The position numbers and the translations under genes are program-made. A model generated the notes under the pieces. That model saw nothing but the letters and a program-made list of their open reading frames with translations. It had not been told where the DNA came from and did not search any database. Source: an uncultured Candidatus Peribacteria bacterium (GTDB lineage Bacteria; Patescibacteriota; Gracilibacteria; UBA1369; UBA12473). Taken from it: 64,000 bases of DNA. Shown piece after piece: positions 25,752-34,470 of the stretch (within the stretch, counting starts at the first letter, position 1; every line of letters begins with the position of its first letter). The stretch lies in NCBI GenBank assembly GCA_964491515.1, contig CAZBGQ010000004.1, positions 18,326 to 82,325 of the forward strand, written 5' to 3'.

Positions 25752-26901
25752 TTTTGTTTTTCACAACCCCACTAGAATTGTTTTTGGGAAAGGAACTATT
25801 GCTAGACTTTCTGAATTTATTCCTCAAGGAGCCAGGGTTTTATTGTTGTCTGGTAAAGGGTCAATGCATAAAAATGGTGTATATGAGCAAGTTATCTCGG
25901 CAATTGGGGATAAAATTGTGGTCGAATATGAGGGGATTTTACCTAATCCCACTCACGAACAATGTAGTAGCGTACAAAAAAAGATAGAGGGGGTTGGAGT
26001 GAATTTCATTCTGGCTGTGGGAGGCGGATCCGTAATTGATGCAGCAAAATATATTGCAGTCGGCTCTCAGTTGCCCCCTTCTGAGTCCTGTTGGGACTTT
26101 ATTGAGAAGAGGGTACCGATTAGTAAGGCTTTGCCAGTTGGAGTAATTTTAACAGCACCGGCTTCTGGCTCTGAGATGAATTCTAATGCTGTTATATTGA
26201 ATGTGGAGAAAAAGTCAAAACGCTCACTGAAGAGCGAAAAAGTATTTCCGTCATTTTCAATTTTAGATCCAGAAGTAACAAAAACACTCTCTCCCAGACA
26301 AATTAGAAATGGTATTATTGATTCTTATTCTCATGTGATTGAACAATATTTGACCTTCCCGTCAGATTCTCGAATTCAAGATAGGTTTTCGGAGAGTATT
26401 TTGTCGACCTTGCTTGAAATAGGACCACTTCTCATTGCAAATCCTTATGATTATGATTTGATGGCAAATTTTATGTGGGCATCTACGTGCGCTTTAAACG
26501 GATTTATTTGTTGCGGGGTTCCACAAGATTGGAGTACTCATATGATTGGGCACGAACTCACTGCTGAATATGGGCTTGTTCACGCAGAATCAATTGGGAT
26601 TGTTTTGCCCGGGGTAATGAATTACATGAAGCAGGAAAAAAGGGAAAAGCTTATTCAATACGGAAGAAGAGTTTTTGGATTGGGTGAAATGACTGATGAC
26701 GAAATTGTCCAGGAAGCTATTGATAAGACTGAAGAGTTTTTTGTGTCACTTGGTCAATCTGTCCGGTTTTCCGATTTTGGACTGACTGAAGAAGTTGCTG
26801 ATAATATTTCAAAGAAGATTGGGAGTTACCCGGTAAAAATTGGAGAGAGGAAAAATATAGGGGAGAAAGAGGTACGGGAAATTTTGCTAATGAGAGTTTA
26901 G
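25744..26901 (+). CDS. Iron-containing (group III) alcohol dehydrogenase, YqhD/BdhA-like
   Basis: FHNPTRIVFGKG...AVGGGSVIDAAKYIA...STHMIGHELTAEYGLVHAES. Confidence 0.85.
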   Translation: MNNFVFHNPTRIVFGKGTIARLSEFIPQGARVLLLSGKGSMHKNGVYEQVISAIGDKIVVEYEGILPNPTHEQCSSVQKKIEGVGVNFILAVGGGSVIDAAKYIAVGSQLPPSESCWDFIEKRVPISKALPVGVILTAPASGSEMNSNAVILNVEKKSKRSLKSEKVFPSFSILDPEVTKTLSPRQIRNGIIDSYSHVIEQYLTFPSDSRIQDRFSESILSTLLEIGPLLIANPYDYDLMANFMWASTCALNGFICCGVPQDWSTHMIGHELTAEYGLVHAESIGIVLPGVMNYMKQEKREKLIQYGRRVFGLGEMTDDEIVQEAIDKTEEFFVSLGQSVRFSDFGLTEEVADNISKKIGSYPVKIGERKNIGEKEVREILLMRV

Positions 26902-26996
26902 GGATATTCATTCCTACGAAGAATCATTAACATTGATATTAGGGTAAGTTTAAGGCATTATTATATTAAAAATAATTATCTATAAATAAGTGCCTT

Positions 26997-27734
26997 ATGG
27001 ATCCAATCGAACAGTTCAAATCACAAGTTCAGGAAAATATTTCCCTGCAAGGTAAGGATGAGGGTTTAAGTAATTTGGGCATGCAATTTATGACAAATTC
27101 CATGGCTAATAATTACTCTTACAACTTTACTTGGATGGGGCGGCCGATCATACAATTCCCTCAAGATCTGGTGGCTATGCAAGAAATCATATGGGAGGTG
27201 AAGCCTGATCTTATCATTGAGATGGGGATCGCACATGGTGGATCACTCATATTTTATGCCTCCATGTTGGAACTTTTGGGAGAAGACGGTCGTGTAGTAG
27301 CGGTTGATATTGATATTCGCGAGCATAATCGGGTTGAAATTGAAAAGCACCCCATGGCTAAGCGAATTACCATGATAGAAGGATCTGCCATTGATGAACA
27401 AATCGCAGAAAAGGTTCGCGGATTTGTTAAAGAAGGCATGAAGGTGCTTGTCGTACTCGATTCTTTTCACACGCACGATCATGTATTAAAAGAGTTAGAG
27501 CTTTATTCTCCACTTGTTACAAAAGATAGTTATTTGGTCGTATTTGACACGGTAGTGGAAGACCTACCAGAAGATTCTTATCCGGATCGTCCCTGGGGGA
27601 AAGGAAATAATCCGAAAACAGCCGCGTGGGAATTTCTCAAGCACAACGATCGATTCGTGATTGATGAAAAAATTCAAAATAAGCTGGTCATGACGGTGGC
27701 CCCAGATGGGTATCTGAAATGCATTAAAGATTAA
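26997..27734 (+). CDS. CmcI (cephalosporin hydroxylase)-family SAM-dependent methyltransferase
   Basis: YNFTWMGRPIIQFPQDLVAMQEIIWEVKPDLIIEMGIAHGGSLIFYA is characteristic of the CmcI fold found in sugar O-methylation loci. Confidence 0.75.
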   Translation: MDPIEQFKSQVQENISLQGKDEGLSNLGMQFMTNSMANNYSYNFTWMGRPIIQFPQDLVAMQEIIWEVKPDLIIEMGIAHGGSLIFYASMLELLGEDGRVVAVDIDIREHNRVEIEKHPMAKRITMIEGSAIDEQIAEKVRGFVKEGMKVLVVLDSFHTHDHVLKELELYSPLVTKDSYLVVFDTVVEDLPEDSYPDRPWGKGNNPKTAAWEFLKHNDRFVIDEKIQNKLVMTVAPDGYLKCIKD

Positions 27735-27741
27735 CACTTCA

Positions 27742-28698
27742 ATGAGTAGTCCTCCCCCTCTGATTAGTATCGGCTTGCCAACCTATAATCGGGCTTCTCT
27801 TCTTTGTGACGCCCTTGATTCTTTATTGGGGCAGACATACAAAAATATTGAATTAATCATCTCTGACAATGCGTCCATGGACGGCACGCAGGAGATTTGC
27901 AGGAAATATGCTGAAAAAGATAAGCGAATAAAGTACACAAGACAAAAGAAAAATATCGGAGCCACCGATAATTTCAATTTTGTTTTAAAGCAAGGAATCG
28001 GTGATTATTTTATGTGGGCTGCGGATGATGATTTGTGGGAGCCAGATTTTGTCAGTGAATTGGTGGAGCTTCATGTTAGAAATAAGGAGGCTGCCGTAAC
28101 ATTTTGCGCCTACGATAACATCACCTTTTCAGGGGAAGTGATCAAGACTGATCCGGTTTTATTTGAGGAAGGCGAGAATCTTAGTAAATACAAACGATTT
28201 AAGCGTTTTCTCTTGGATCGAGGCGGAAAATGTAATTATGTTTATGGGCTGGTTAATAGAGAGTATTTAATTGATGTGAAGGGTTTTAGGGAATTCAAGG
28301 GGATTCCGGATTGTTGTAGCTCTGCAGATACTTTTTTTGCACTTGAAATGTTAGTGAAGGGCTCATTTATAGCAACAGATAAATTGCTTTATCATAAGCG
28401 ATGCAATAGAGATGACTTTATGGCGGAGGAAAAAGTTCAAAATCTAAGCATATTTAGTAAAAAAGCAGTATTCTTAAAGGGCCTTATTGGTTTTGTGAAA
28501 ACACCTTATTATCATTTTTTCCATTACCGAATCATTAACGATATCATAAAAAAATCATTTACTTCTTTCTATGATCGGATTCGACTTTATTTTTTCAATA
28601 CGTATCATTTTTTAGGGTCTGTATTTAGAATAATGCCATGGGCAATGAAACTATTTTTAAGCTTTATAATAGGAATTAAAAGAAAATTAACATCATGA
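27742..28698 (+). CDS. Family 2 glycosyltransferase
   Basis: ISIGLPTYNRASLL...IELIISDNASMDGT...WAADDD. Confidence 0.85.
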   Translation: MSSPPPLISIGLPTYNRASLLCDALDSLLGQTYKNIELIISDNASMDGTQEICRKYAEKDKRIKYTRQKKNIGATDNFNFVLKQGIGDYFMWAADDDLWEPDFVSELVELHVRNKEAAVTFCAYDNITFSGEVIKTDPVLFEEGENLSKYKRFKRFLLDRGGKCNYVYGLVNREYLIDVKGFREFKGIPDCCSSADTFFALEMLVKGSFIATDKLLYHKRCNRDDFMAEEKVQNLSIFSKKAVFLKGLIGFVKTPYYHFFHYRIINDIIKKSFTSFYDRIRLYFFNTYHFLGSVFRIMPWAMKLFLSFIIGIKRKLTS

Positions 28699-29873
28699 AT
28701 AAAAAAATCTACTACTATACCGCTCGTCAGATGCACAACATTCACAAGCAGGAGGCAAAGTGCTCTCCTGAAGGATTTGAATATGTGGCATCCAATCCAG
28801 CCCTATTTCAGACCATTGGGGTAAATAAGCGAAAGGGTAAGTCCCTGTTGGGGACGATTAGTGGTTGGATTTATGCAAAAGTTGTAAAATTTTTAATTAA
28901 GTTAGCAGTTCCTAAGGTGGAATACGCTCGAAATCTGCCAGCGGGTATTGATATGATCCATAGTGGACATTTCCCCCTTCTTAATAGAAAGATTCCATGG
29001 ATGATGGAAATGGAGCAAGTCACTCAACTGACTTGGTACAATCGAAGCGCATTTGATAAGAAGCGTAATCAGCGATATTTTGAGCGGATGTTTAAGCGTA
29101 GTTCATGTCGTGGGATTTTGGCATGGACCGAGGCTGCAAAGCGTAGTGTATTAAGCGGGCTTAATTGCAAGGGGTTTGAGGACAAAATTCATGTCGTGCC
29201 GCTCACTATGGAGGCACGAAAAAATCAAATTAAACGAGATTTTAAGAAGAATCGTGTAAACCTGCTTTTCCTTTCTACTGTTTTTGATCACAAAGGGGGG
29301 ATGGAAGTCTTATTAGCTACTGAGCTTCTTGCAAAATCATATGATGTACATTTAGCGATGGCTTCCAAGGTTCCAGTCGATATTGCAAAGAGGTTTGAGG
29401 ACAATCCTAATATCCATATCAAGGAGCCATCCTCTCGGGATGAATTGATTCAAATGTACGAAGAGGCGGATATTTTTGTGATGCCTGGGCATTTTGAAGC
29501 GTACGGATTTGTTTATTTGGAGGCATTTTCTTTTGGTCTCCCATGTATTGCCGCCGGTGGCTATGCAGCTGAGGATATTATTGAGGATGGGGTACGAGGA
29601 AAAGTTATCCCCAATTATCTATCCCTGTTTGATGAAAATTACATTTCAACGCTAAAAAGTGATCAGCATAGAGAAGAATTGACAAGGAAAACTTTGTCAC
29701 CCCCAGTGGACTATGTGCAAAGATTAGCCAAGGCAATAGAAGAGCTAATCATAAATCCTAAGCTCCGAGAAGAAATGAGCTACAATGCGTATGAAAGTAT
29801 ACAGTCCGGCAAATTCTCTCAAGCACATCGTAGAAAACTTTTAAAAGAGATTTATAATAAAGCACTTAGCTAA
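28695..29873 (+). CDS. GT-B (family 4-like) glycosyltransferase
   Basis: C-terminal EAYGFVYLEAFSFGLPCIA (E-x7-E region). ATGA overlap with the upstream gene. Confidence 0.75.
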   Translation: MNKKIYYYTARQMHNIHKQEAKCSPEGFEYVASNPALFQTIGVNKRKGKSLLGTISGWIYAKVVKFLIKLAVPKVEYARNLPAGIDMIHSGHFPLLNRKIPWMMEMEQVTQLTWYNRSAFDKKRNQRYFERMFKRSSCRGILAWTEAAKRSVLSGLNCKGFEDKIHVVPLTMEARKNQIKRDFKKNRVNLLFLSTVFDHKGGMEVLLATELLAKSYDVHLAMASKVPVDIAKRFEDNPNIHIKEPSSRDELIQMYEEADIFVMPGHFEAYGFVYLEAFSFGLPCIAAGGYAAEDIIEDGVRGKVIPNYLSLFDENYISTLKSDQHREELTRKTLSPPVDYVQRLAKAIEELIINPKLREEMSYNAYESIQSGKFSQAHRRKLLKEIYNKALS

Positions 29874-29884
29874 TAACCATCCGG

Positions 29885-30553
29885 ATGATTAAGATACTTG
29901 CCCATCGTGGCTATTGGAAGGAGGAATCAGAGCAGAACACGCTTAAGTCCTTTGAGGATGCATTGGACCGGGGAGTCGGGCTAGAAACCGATTTCAGGGA
30001 CTATAACGGGCGCTTGGTGATTTCCCATGACATGCCCACTGCCAGCTCACCCTTAGCTGCTGATATATTTGAGGCACTACAAGTACATCCTAATTTTTTA
30101 AAAGTCACTTACGCGATTAATATAAAATCGGATGGGACTCAATCACTCGTTAAACAGTTCATTGATCAATTCAACTTACATGATAATAGTTTTGTTTTTG
30201 ATATGTCTGGCCCCTCTCATTTAGGGTTTACCAAAGTGATCCCTTCCAAGAATATTGGGACTCGAATCAGTGACATTGAGTATCCCCCGCTGCTTCTCGA
30301 TAAGAGTCAATGGATATGGGTGGATCAGTTTGAGGATTTCATTTTTGAACCGGAAGAACTCAGCGCATTTCAGGAACAAGGGAAAATATTAGCCTTTGTT
30401 TCTTCGGAGCTTCATAAGCGTTTACACGCATCCCTATGGGATTTCATAGAAGAACACTTTGCAACAAGTTTAATCTATTTATGCACTGACCTTGTGGATG
30501 AAGCAAAGAGCCGCTTTAATAGTGGTAACAATAATCCAATTAAATGTGATTAA
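29885..30553 (+). CDS. Glycerophosphodiester phosphodiesterase (GDPD)-like protein
   Basis: ILAHRGYW...NTLKSFEDALDRGVGLETDFRD...LVISHD matches the HRG / E.D / HD signature of the GDPD and PI-PLC-like fold. Confidence 0.6.
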   Translation: MIKILAHRGYWKEESEQNTLKSFEDALDRGVGLETDFRDYNGRLVISHDMPTASSPLAADIFEALQVHPNFLKVTYAINIKSDGTQSLVKQFIDQFNLHDNSFVFDMSGPSHLGFTKVIPSKNIGTRISDIEYPPLLLDKSQWIWVDQFEDFIFEPEELSAFQEQGKILAFVSSELHKRLHASLWDFIEEHFATSLIYLCTDLVDEAKSRFNSGNNNPIKCD

Positions 30554-31160
30554 AGCAGTTCTTTTCGACCTTGATGGAGTACTCGTGGATGCCACTGAAT
30601 GGCATTACGAGGCGCTCAACAAGGCGCTGGGTTTATTTGGTTACACGATAGACAGGCAGAGACATCTTGGGTTTTATAATGGATTACCAACTCGCGTGAA
30701 GTTGAGTCATCTAACGGAAGAGTTCGAGATGCCAGAGTCATTGCATGATTTTATATATGATATGAAACAACAGTATACGATTGATTTCATTTATAAATTG
30801 TGTCGTCCAGATTTCCAGAAGCAGCTCATGTTCAAGCACCTTAAGAAAAAGGGATTTAAGGTTGGCGTATGTTCAAACTCAATCAGTGAAACCTTGGAGA
30901 TGATGCTAAGGAAAAGCGATTTATTTAATGATTGTGATGTGGTAATTTCTAACCAGGATGTTAAGAAAAGTAAACCTGATCCGGAAATGTATTTGAAGGG
31001 GATGGAGGCGCTGGGTGTCTCTCCGGAAGAAACGATCATTGTGGAAGATTCTCCACATGGAATCGAGGCGGCAGAGGCAAGTGGCGGCCACGTATGTGTG
31101 GTAAAGGGTGTCCAAGACGTTCACCTTGGTTTGATTGAAGGCTATATATCTAAATTGTAA
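30546..31160 (+). CDS. HAD-superfamily phosphatase / phosphomutase-like hydrolase
   Basis: AVLFDLDGVLVD (DxDG motif I), CSNS (motif II), and K...EDSPHGIEAA (motifs III/IV). Start placed at the GTG at 30546 (8-nt overlap). An ATG at 30492 is an alternative. Confidence 0.75.
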   Translation: MIKAVLFDLDGVLVDATEWHYEALNKALGLFGYTIDRQRHLGFYNGLPTRVKLSHLTEEFEMPESLHDFIYDMKQQYTIDFIYKLCRPDFQKQLMFKHLKKKGFKVGVCSNSISETLEMMLRKSDLFNDCDVVISNQDVKKSKPDPEMYLKGMEALGVSPEETIIVEDSPHGIEAAEASGGHVCVVKGVQDVHLGLIEGYISKL

Positions 31161-31177
31161 ATTTTAACCCTAATAGC

Positions 31178-31915
31178 ATGCTGAATATTGTTATTCCAAT
31201 GGCGGGGAAAGGCACTCGTTTTGCAGAAAAAGGCTACACGTTCCCTAAGCCATTGATTGAAGTAAATGGGAAGCCAATGATTCAAGTGGTAATTGAGAAT
31301 CTGAGACCTAATACAGAGCACAGTTTTACTTTTATTTGCCAAAAAGAGCATTACGATAAGTATTCACTCCATGAACTACTTAATTTAGTGGCTCCCAATT
31401 GTAATATTGTGAAGTTGGAGAAATTTACAGAGGGGGCGGCCTGTACAATGCTTCTTGCCAAAGAATATATGAATAATGATGATGAGCTTTTGATCGCAAA
31501 TTCCGATCAATTTGTGGAGATGAAGATTGATGAATTCCTGAAAGACGCACGAGATGCGAATGCAGATGGCTCAATCTTGACGTTTCATGCCACTCATCCA
31601 AAATGGTCATTCGCAAAAGTAAATGAGAATGGGCGAGTGATTGAGGTCGCAGAAAAAAAACCCATAAGTAACAATGCTACTGTTGGGATTTATTATTATA
31701 AAAAGGGACGCGATTTCGTTCAAGGAGCAGAAGATATGATTAGAAAGGATATCCGCATGAATAATGAGTTTTATGTTTGTCCTGTATACAATGAGATGTT
31801 ACTAAAGGATCGTGATATTAAAATCTTTGAGATAAGCCCCGATGAAATGCATGGCATGGGAACTCCTGAGGATTTAGTAGAGTTCGAAAAAACAGAAGTA
31901 TTTAAGCGAATCTAA
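31178..31915 (+). CDS. Sugar- or alcohol-phosphate nucleotidyltransferase
   Basis: IVIPMAGKGTRF...PKPLIEVNGKPMI N-terminal signature of the NTP-transferase fold. 245 aa. Confidence 0.7.
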   Translation: MLNIVIPMAGKGTRFAEKGYTFPKPLIEVNGKPMIQVVIENLRPNTEHSFTFICQKEHYDKYSLHELLNLVAPNCNIVKLEKFTEGAACTMLLAKEYMNNDDELLIANSDQFVEMKIDEFLKDARDANADGSILTFHATHPKWSFAKVNENGRVIEVAEKKPISNNATVGIYYYKKGRDFVQGAEDMIRKDIRMNNEFYVCPVYNEMLLKDRDIKIFEISPDEMHGMGTPEDLVEFEKTEVFKRI

Positions 31916-31922
31916 GACTTTT

Positions 31923-34442
31923 ATGAGTTTTGATTTTATAAAGAAAAGTTCATGGAGCAGTTCAGTCTTTATGCTTCAACTTATTTTGGGATTAGAGTTT
32001 GTATATATTCTTTTATGGATAGCTCAGAGTTCCTTGCTCTTTATACCTGGGCTTATTCTTATCGTCTTATTAGGAGCTGGGCTTAGGAAGGCGCTTTTTA
32101 TAAGAGCTGAAGATAAGTATGAGGTTCCATGGTTTTTAATTTTTATTGTGAATTGTGCACTAGGTGTAATGGGAATTGTTTGTCTTGCGGTTCTTTTATC
32201 TCTGACATACTTCTTTAATGAAATTATTCTAAAATTAAGTTTTCTGGGGATTACATTGGGACTGTCATTGATCCCTGTCCTGAGGAGCAGGAATTTGGAA
32301 GGGAAAGGAAAATCAAAAAATAATCAAATCCTACGCGTTATCCCGTCTTTATCGGTGAAATGGACAAATATATTGGCTATTATGTCTGTTGTTTTGGCGA
32401 CTTCAATAATGGTGTATTTACGCAGCTCAGCGCCATTTCCAACGTTTGGAGGCCTTGATCATTTTCATTATATGACTAAGGTTTTTAAATTATTCGAGGA
32501 GGGGGGTCTCACGAATCTTTTTCTATCGGGCAGTAGCAGTATTATGGGAATAATTGAGCAACCTCTTAGCTATTATTCATTAATTGGTGCGTTTTTGATA
32601 TTATTGGATGTTCATTTTCTTAGTCTGTTCTTTTGGGGGCCATTTTTTGTTCTGCCGCTTTATGCGATTCTTATCTTTACCCTTGGATTGAAAATATTTA
32701 AAAATGAATGGCTTGCTTTCTTCGCCGTATTTATGGGGCTAACGATTACGGGGCAAGGTCATTTTTATGGGGCTCATGATATTTATGCTACGTCCATTTC
32801 GCAGATGCTATTTATTATAATGTGGTTCTATTTTTATCTTATTCGTGACAAATTAGGGGTAAAGGAGTTTATATTTATGGGGATGCTTTCTGGTTTATTG
32901 TTTTTGATTTATCCATTTACTTTGATCATAAATATTCCTTTGGTGGCATTTTATGTAAGGGACAAGAAAAAGCAAAAATATCTATTCTCAGCTCTCGTGA
33001 TAATGATTATTTTGGGTGTAATTTATGCTCAAGGCATTTTCCCTGAAAATTGGTCACATTCATATCAGGTTGACCGTCGTTGGAAGCTCCTTAATATTTC
33101 ATATTCATGGATACACATGGGCTTGGGAATTATTGGAATAATTCTTTTGGCTCTTAAGTCCGTGAGGGCTAAAATTAGTAGCTCCTTCCTTGTACCGGCT
33201 CTGGCATATTCTGCTTTATTAATTGGTTTTTATTGGAGCGGCCTGCCTCAGTATACGATACGATTTGAATGGTATTGGAGGATATTTTTCACATTGGCAA
33301 TTGCGATTCCCTTTTTAGGAATAACTCAGATAAAAAAGGCTCAGGTGAGAAAGTATACAATGATAGCAGTAGTTCTGTTTCTTTTCATTTGTGAGGGAAT
33401 GGGGTTTAGCCAAAAGGGATTAATGTCTCCGTGGTTGGTTTCCCGGCCGATATACGACTCACACAATGCTCAAAAATTTATGGGAGGGGCTATCTCTCAG
33501 GAGGAATTTTCAGCAATGAAGTGGCTTGAAAAAAATACAACACCTAGCGACTATATTGTGACGGATCCCTACATGGGTGATATTTTAAGAGGAACAATTA
33601 ATCGCCAGACATCATCTGCCTTAACGCTTTCCTCCGGAGAGTCCCCAAGTGTTAGTTCTCCTCGCTATTCAACTCTTAGAATTCTGAATTTTGAATTTCT
33701 GAATTTCTTTAGAGCTAAAGGGGATTATCTAAATCATACTATCGGGAAATCGGTAGAATCTAATCTTCCAGAAAATGAAGAATATTCCTTGAATAAGGGG
33801 AATGGAGCAGAAAACTTAGTAGATGGGAAGAACGGGACATCGGCCTATCCCGGATCGAAGGTTCTAGATTATACCGTGGATCTTGGGGCATATTTGCCCA
33901 TCGATCTTATAAAAATTACGTGGGGTGAATATGGCTTTCCATCAGAGGATGGAAGTTCCTATATTTCTGAATGGAAAGTCTCAGGAAAAACAGAAGAGGG
34001 ATGGAAGGATCTTGCTTTTGGGCTTATCCCGAATAAATCCTCATACGAGGGCGAGATACAACGTCAATTTGTGAGTATGTTGAGATTGTATGCATCCGGT
34101 GAGAATTGGAATGGAGTATATGAATTCTCAGGGGAGGAGCGTGTAGATAACCTTAATTTAGCTCAAGTCAAAGAGGAAATGGAAGAAGAGCTTGAGAGGA
34201 TTGAATTAAAGATAACCCCTAAGCCAAAATACCTTCTAATTACACCTAGGATGAGTTACTGGTTACAGTATAACCAACTTAAAAAGGAGGATGGCACACC
34301 AAATAAAGCATTAGGGAAATTAGCAAACTGGCCTATTGTTTCTACAGAAGTTAATACATGGGATTATGAAAAGATGGCGGAGAAGTTGAAGTGGGCGATT
34401 AGCTATCAAACAGAAAATATTTTCATTGTAGAAATACCATGA
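31923..34442 (+). CDS. Polytopic membrane protein (GT-C-like, putative) with C-terminal F5/8 type C (discoidin) carbohydrate-binding domain
   Basis: About 12 or more TM helices over about 500 aa, then a soluble region. It contains NLVDGKNGTSAYPGSKVLDYTVDLGAYLPIDLIKITWGEYG...YISEWKVSGKTEEGW...LRLYASGENWNGVYEF, which fits the discoidin pattern. Confidence 0.6.
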   Translation: MSFDFIKKSSWSSSVFMLQLILGLEFVYILLWIAQSSLLFIPGLILIVLLGAGLRKALFIRAEDKYEVPWFLIFIVNCALGVMGIVCLAVLLSLTYFFNEIILKLSFLGITLGLSLIPVLRSRNLEGKGKSKNNQILRVIPSLSVKWTNILAIMSVVLATSIMVYLRSSAPFPTFGGLDHFHYMTKVFKLFEEGGLTNLFLSGSSSIMGIIEQPLSYYSLIGAFLILLDVHFLSLFFWGPFFVLPLYAILIFTLGLKIFKNEWLAFFAVFMGLTITGQGHFYGAHDIYATSISQMLFIIMWFYFYLIRDKLGVKEFIFMGMLSGLLFLIYPFTLIINIPLVAFYVRDKKKQKYLFSALVIMIILGVIYAQGIFPENWSHSYQVDRRWKLLNISYSWIHMGLGIIGIILLALKSVRAKISSSFLVPALAYSALLIGFYWSGLPQYTIRFEWYWRIFFTLAIAIPFLGITQIKKAQVRKYTMIAVVLFLFICEGMGFSQKGLMSPWLVSRPIYDSHNAQKFMGGAISQEEFSAMKWLEKNTTPSDYIVTDPYMGDILRGTINRQTSSALTLSSGESPSVSSPRYSTLRILNFEFLNFFRAKGDYLNHTIGKSVESNLPENEEYSLNKGNGAENLVDGKNGTSAYPGSKVLDYTVDLGAYLPIDLIKITWGEYGFPSEDGSSYISEWKVSGKTEEGWKDLAFGLIPNKSSYEGEIQRQFVSMLRLYASGENWNGVYEFSGEERVDNLNLAQVKEEMEEELERIELKITPKPKYLLITPRMSYWLQYNQLKKEDGTPNKALGKLANWPIVSTEVNTWDYEKMAEKLKWAISYQTENIFIVEIP

Positions 34443-34470
34443 TAGTTTTTTATAGGTTGGATGAGTGTGG

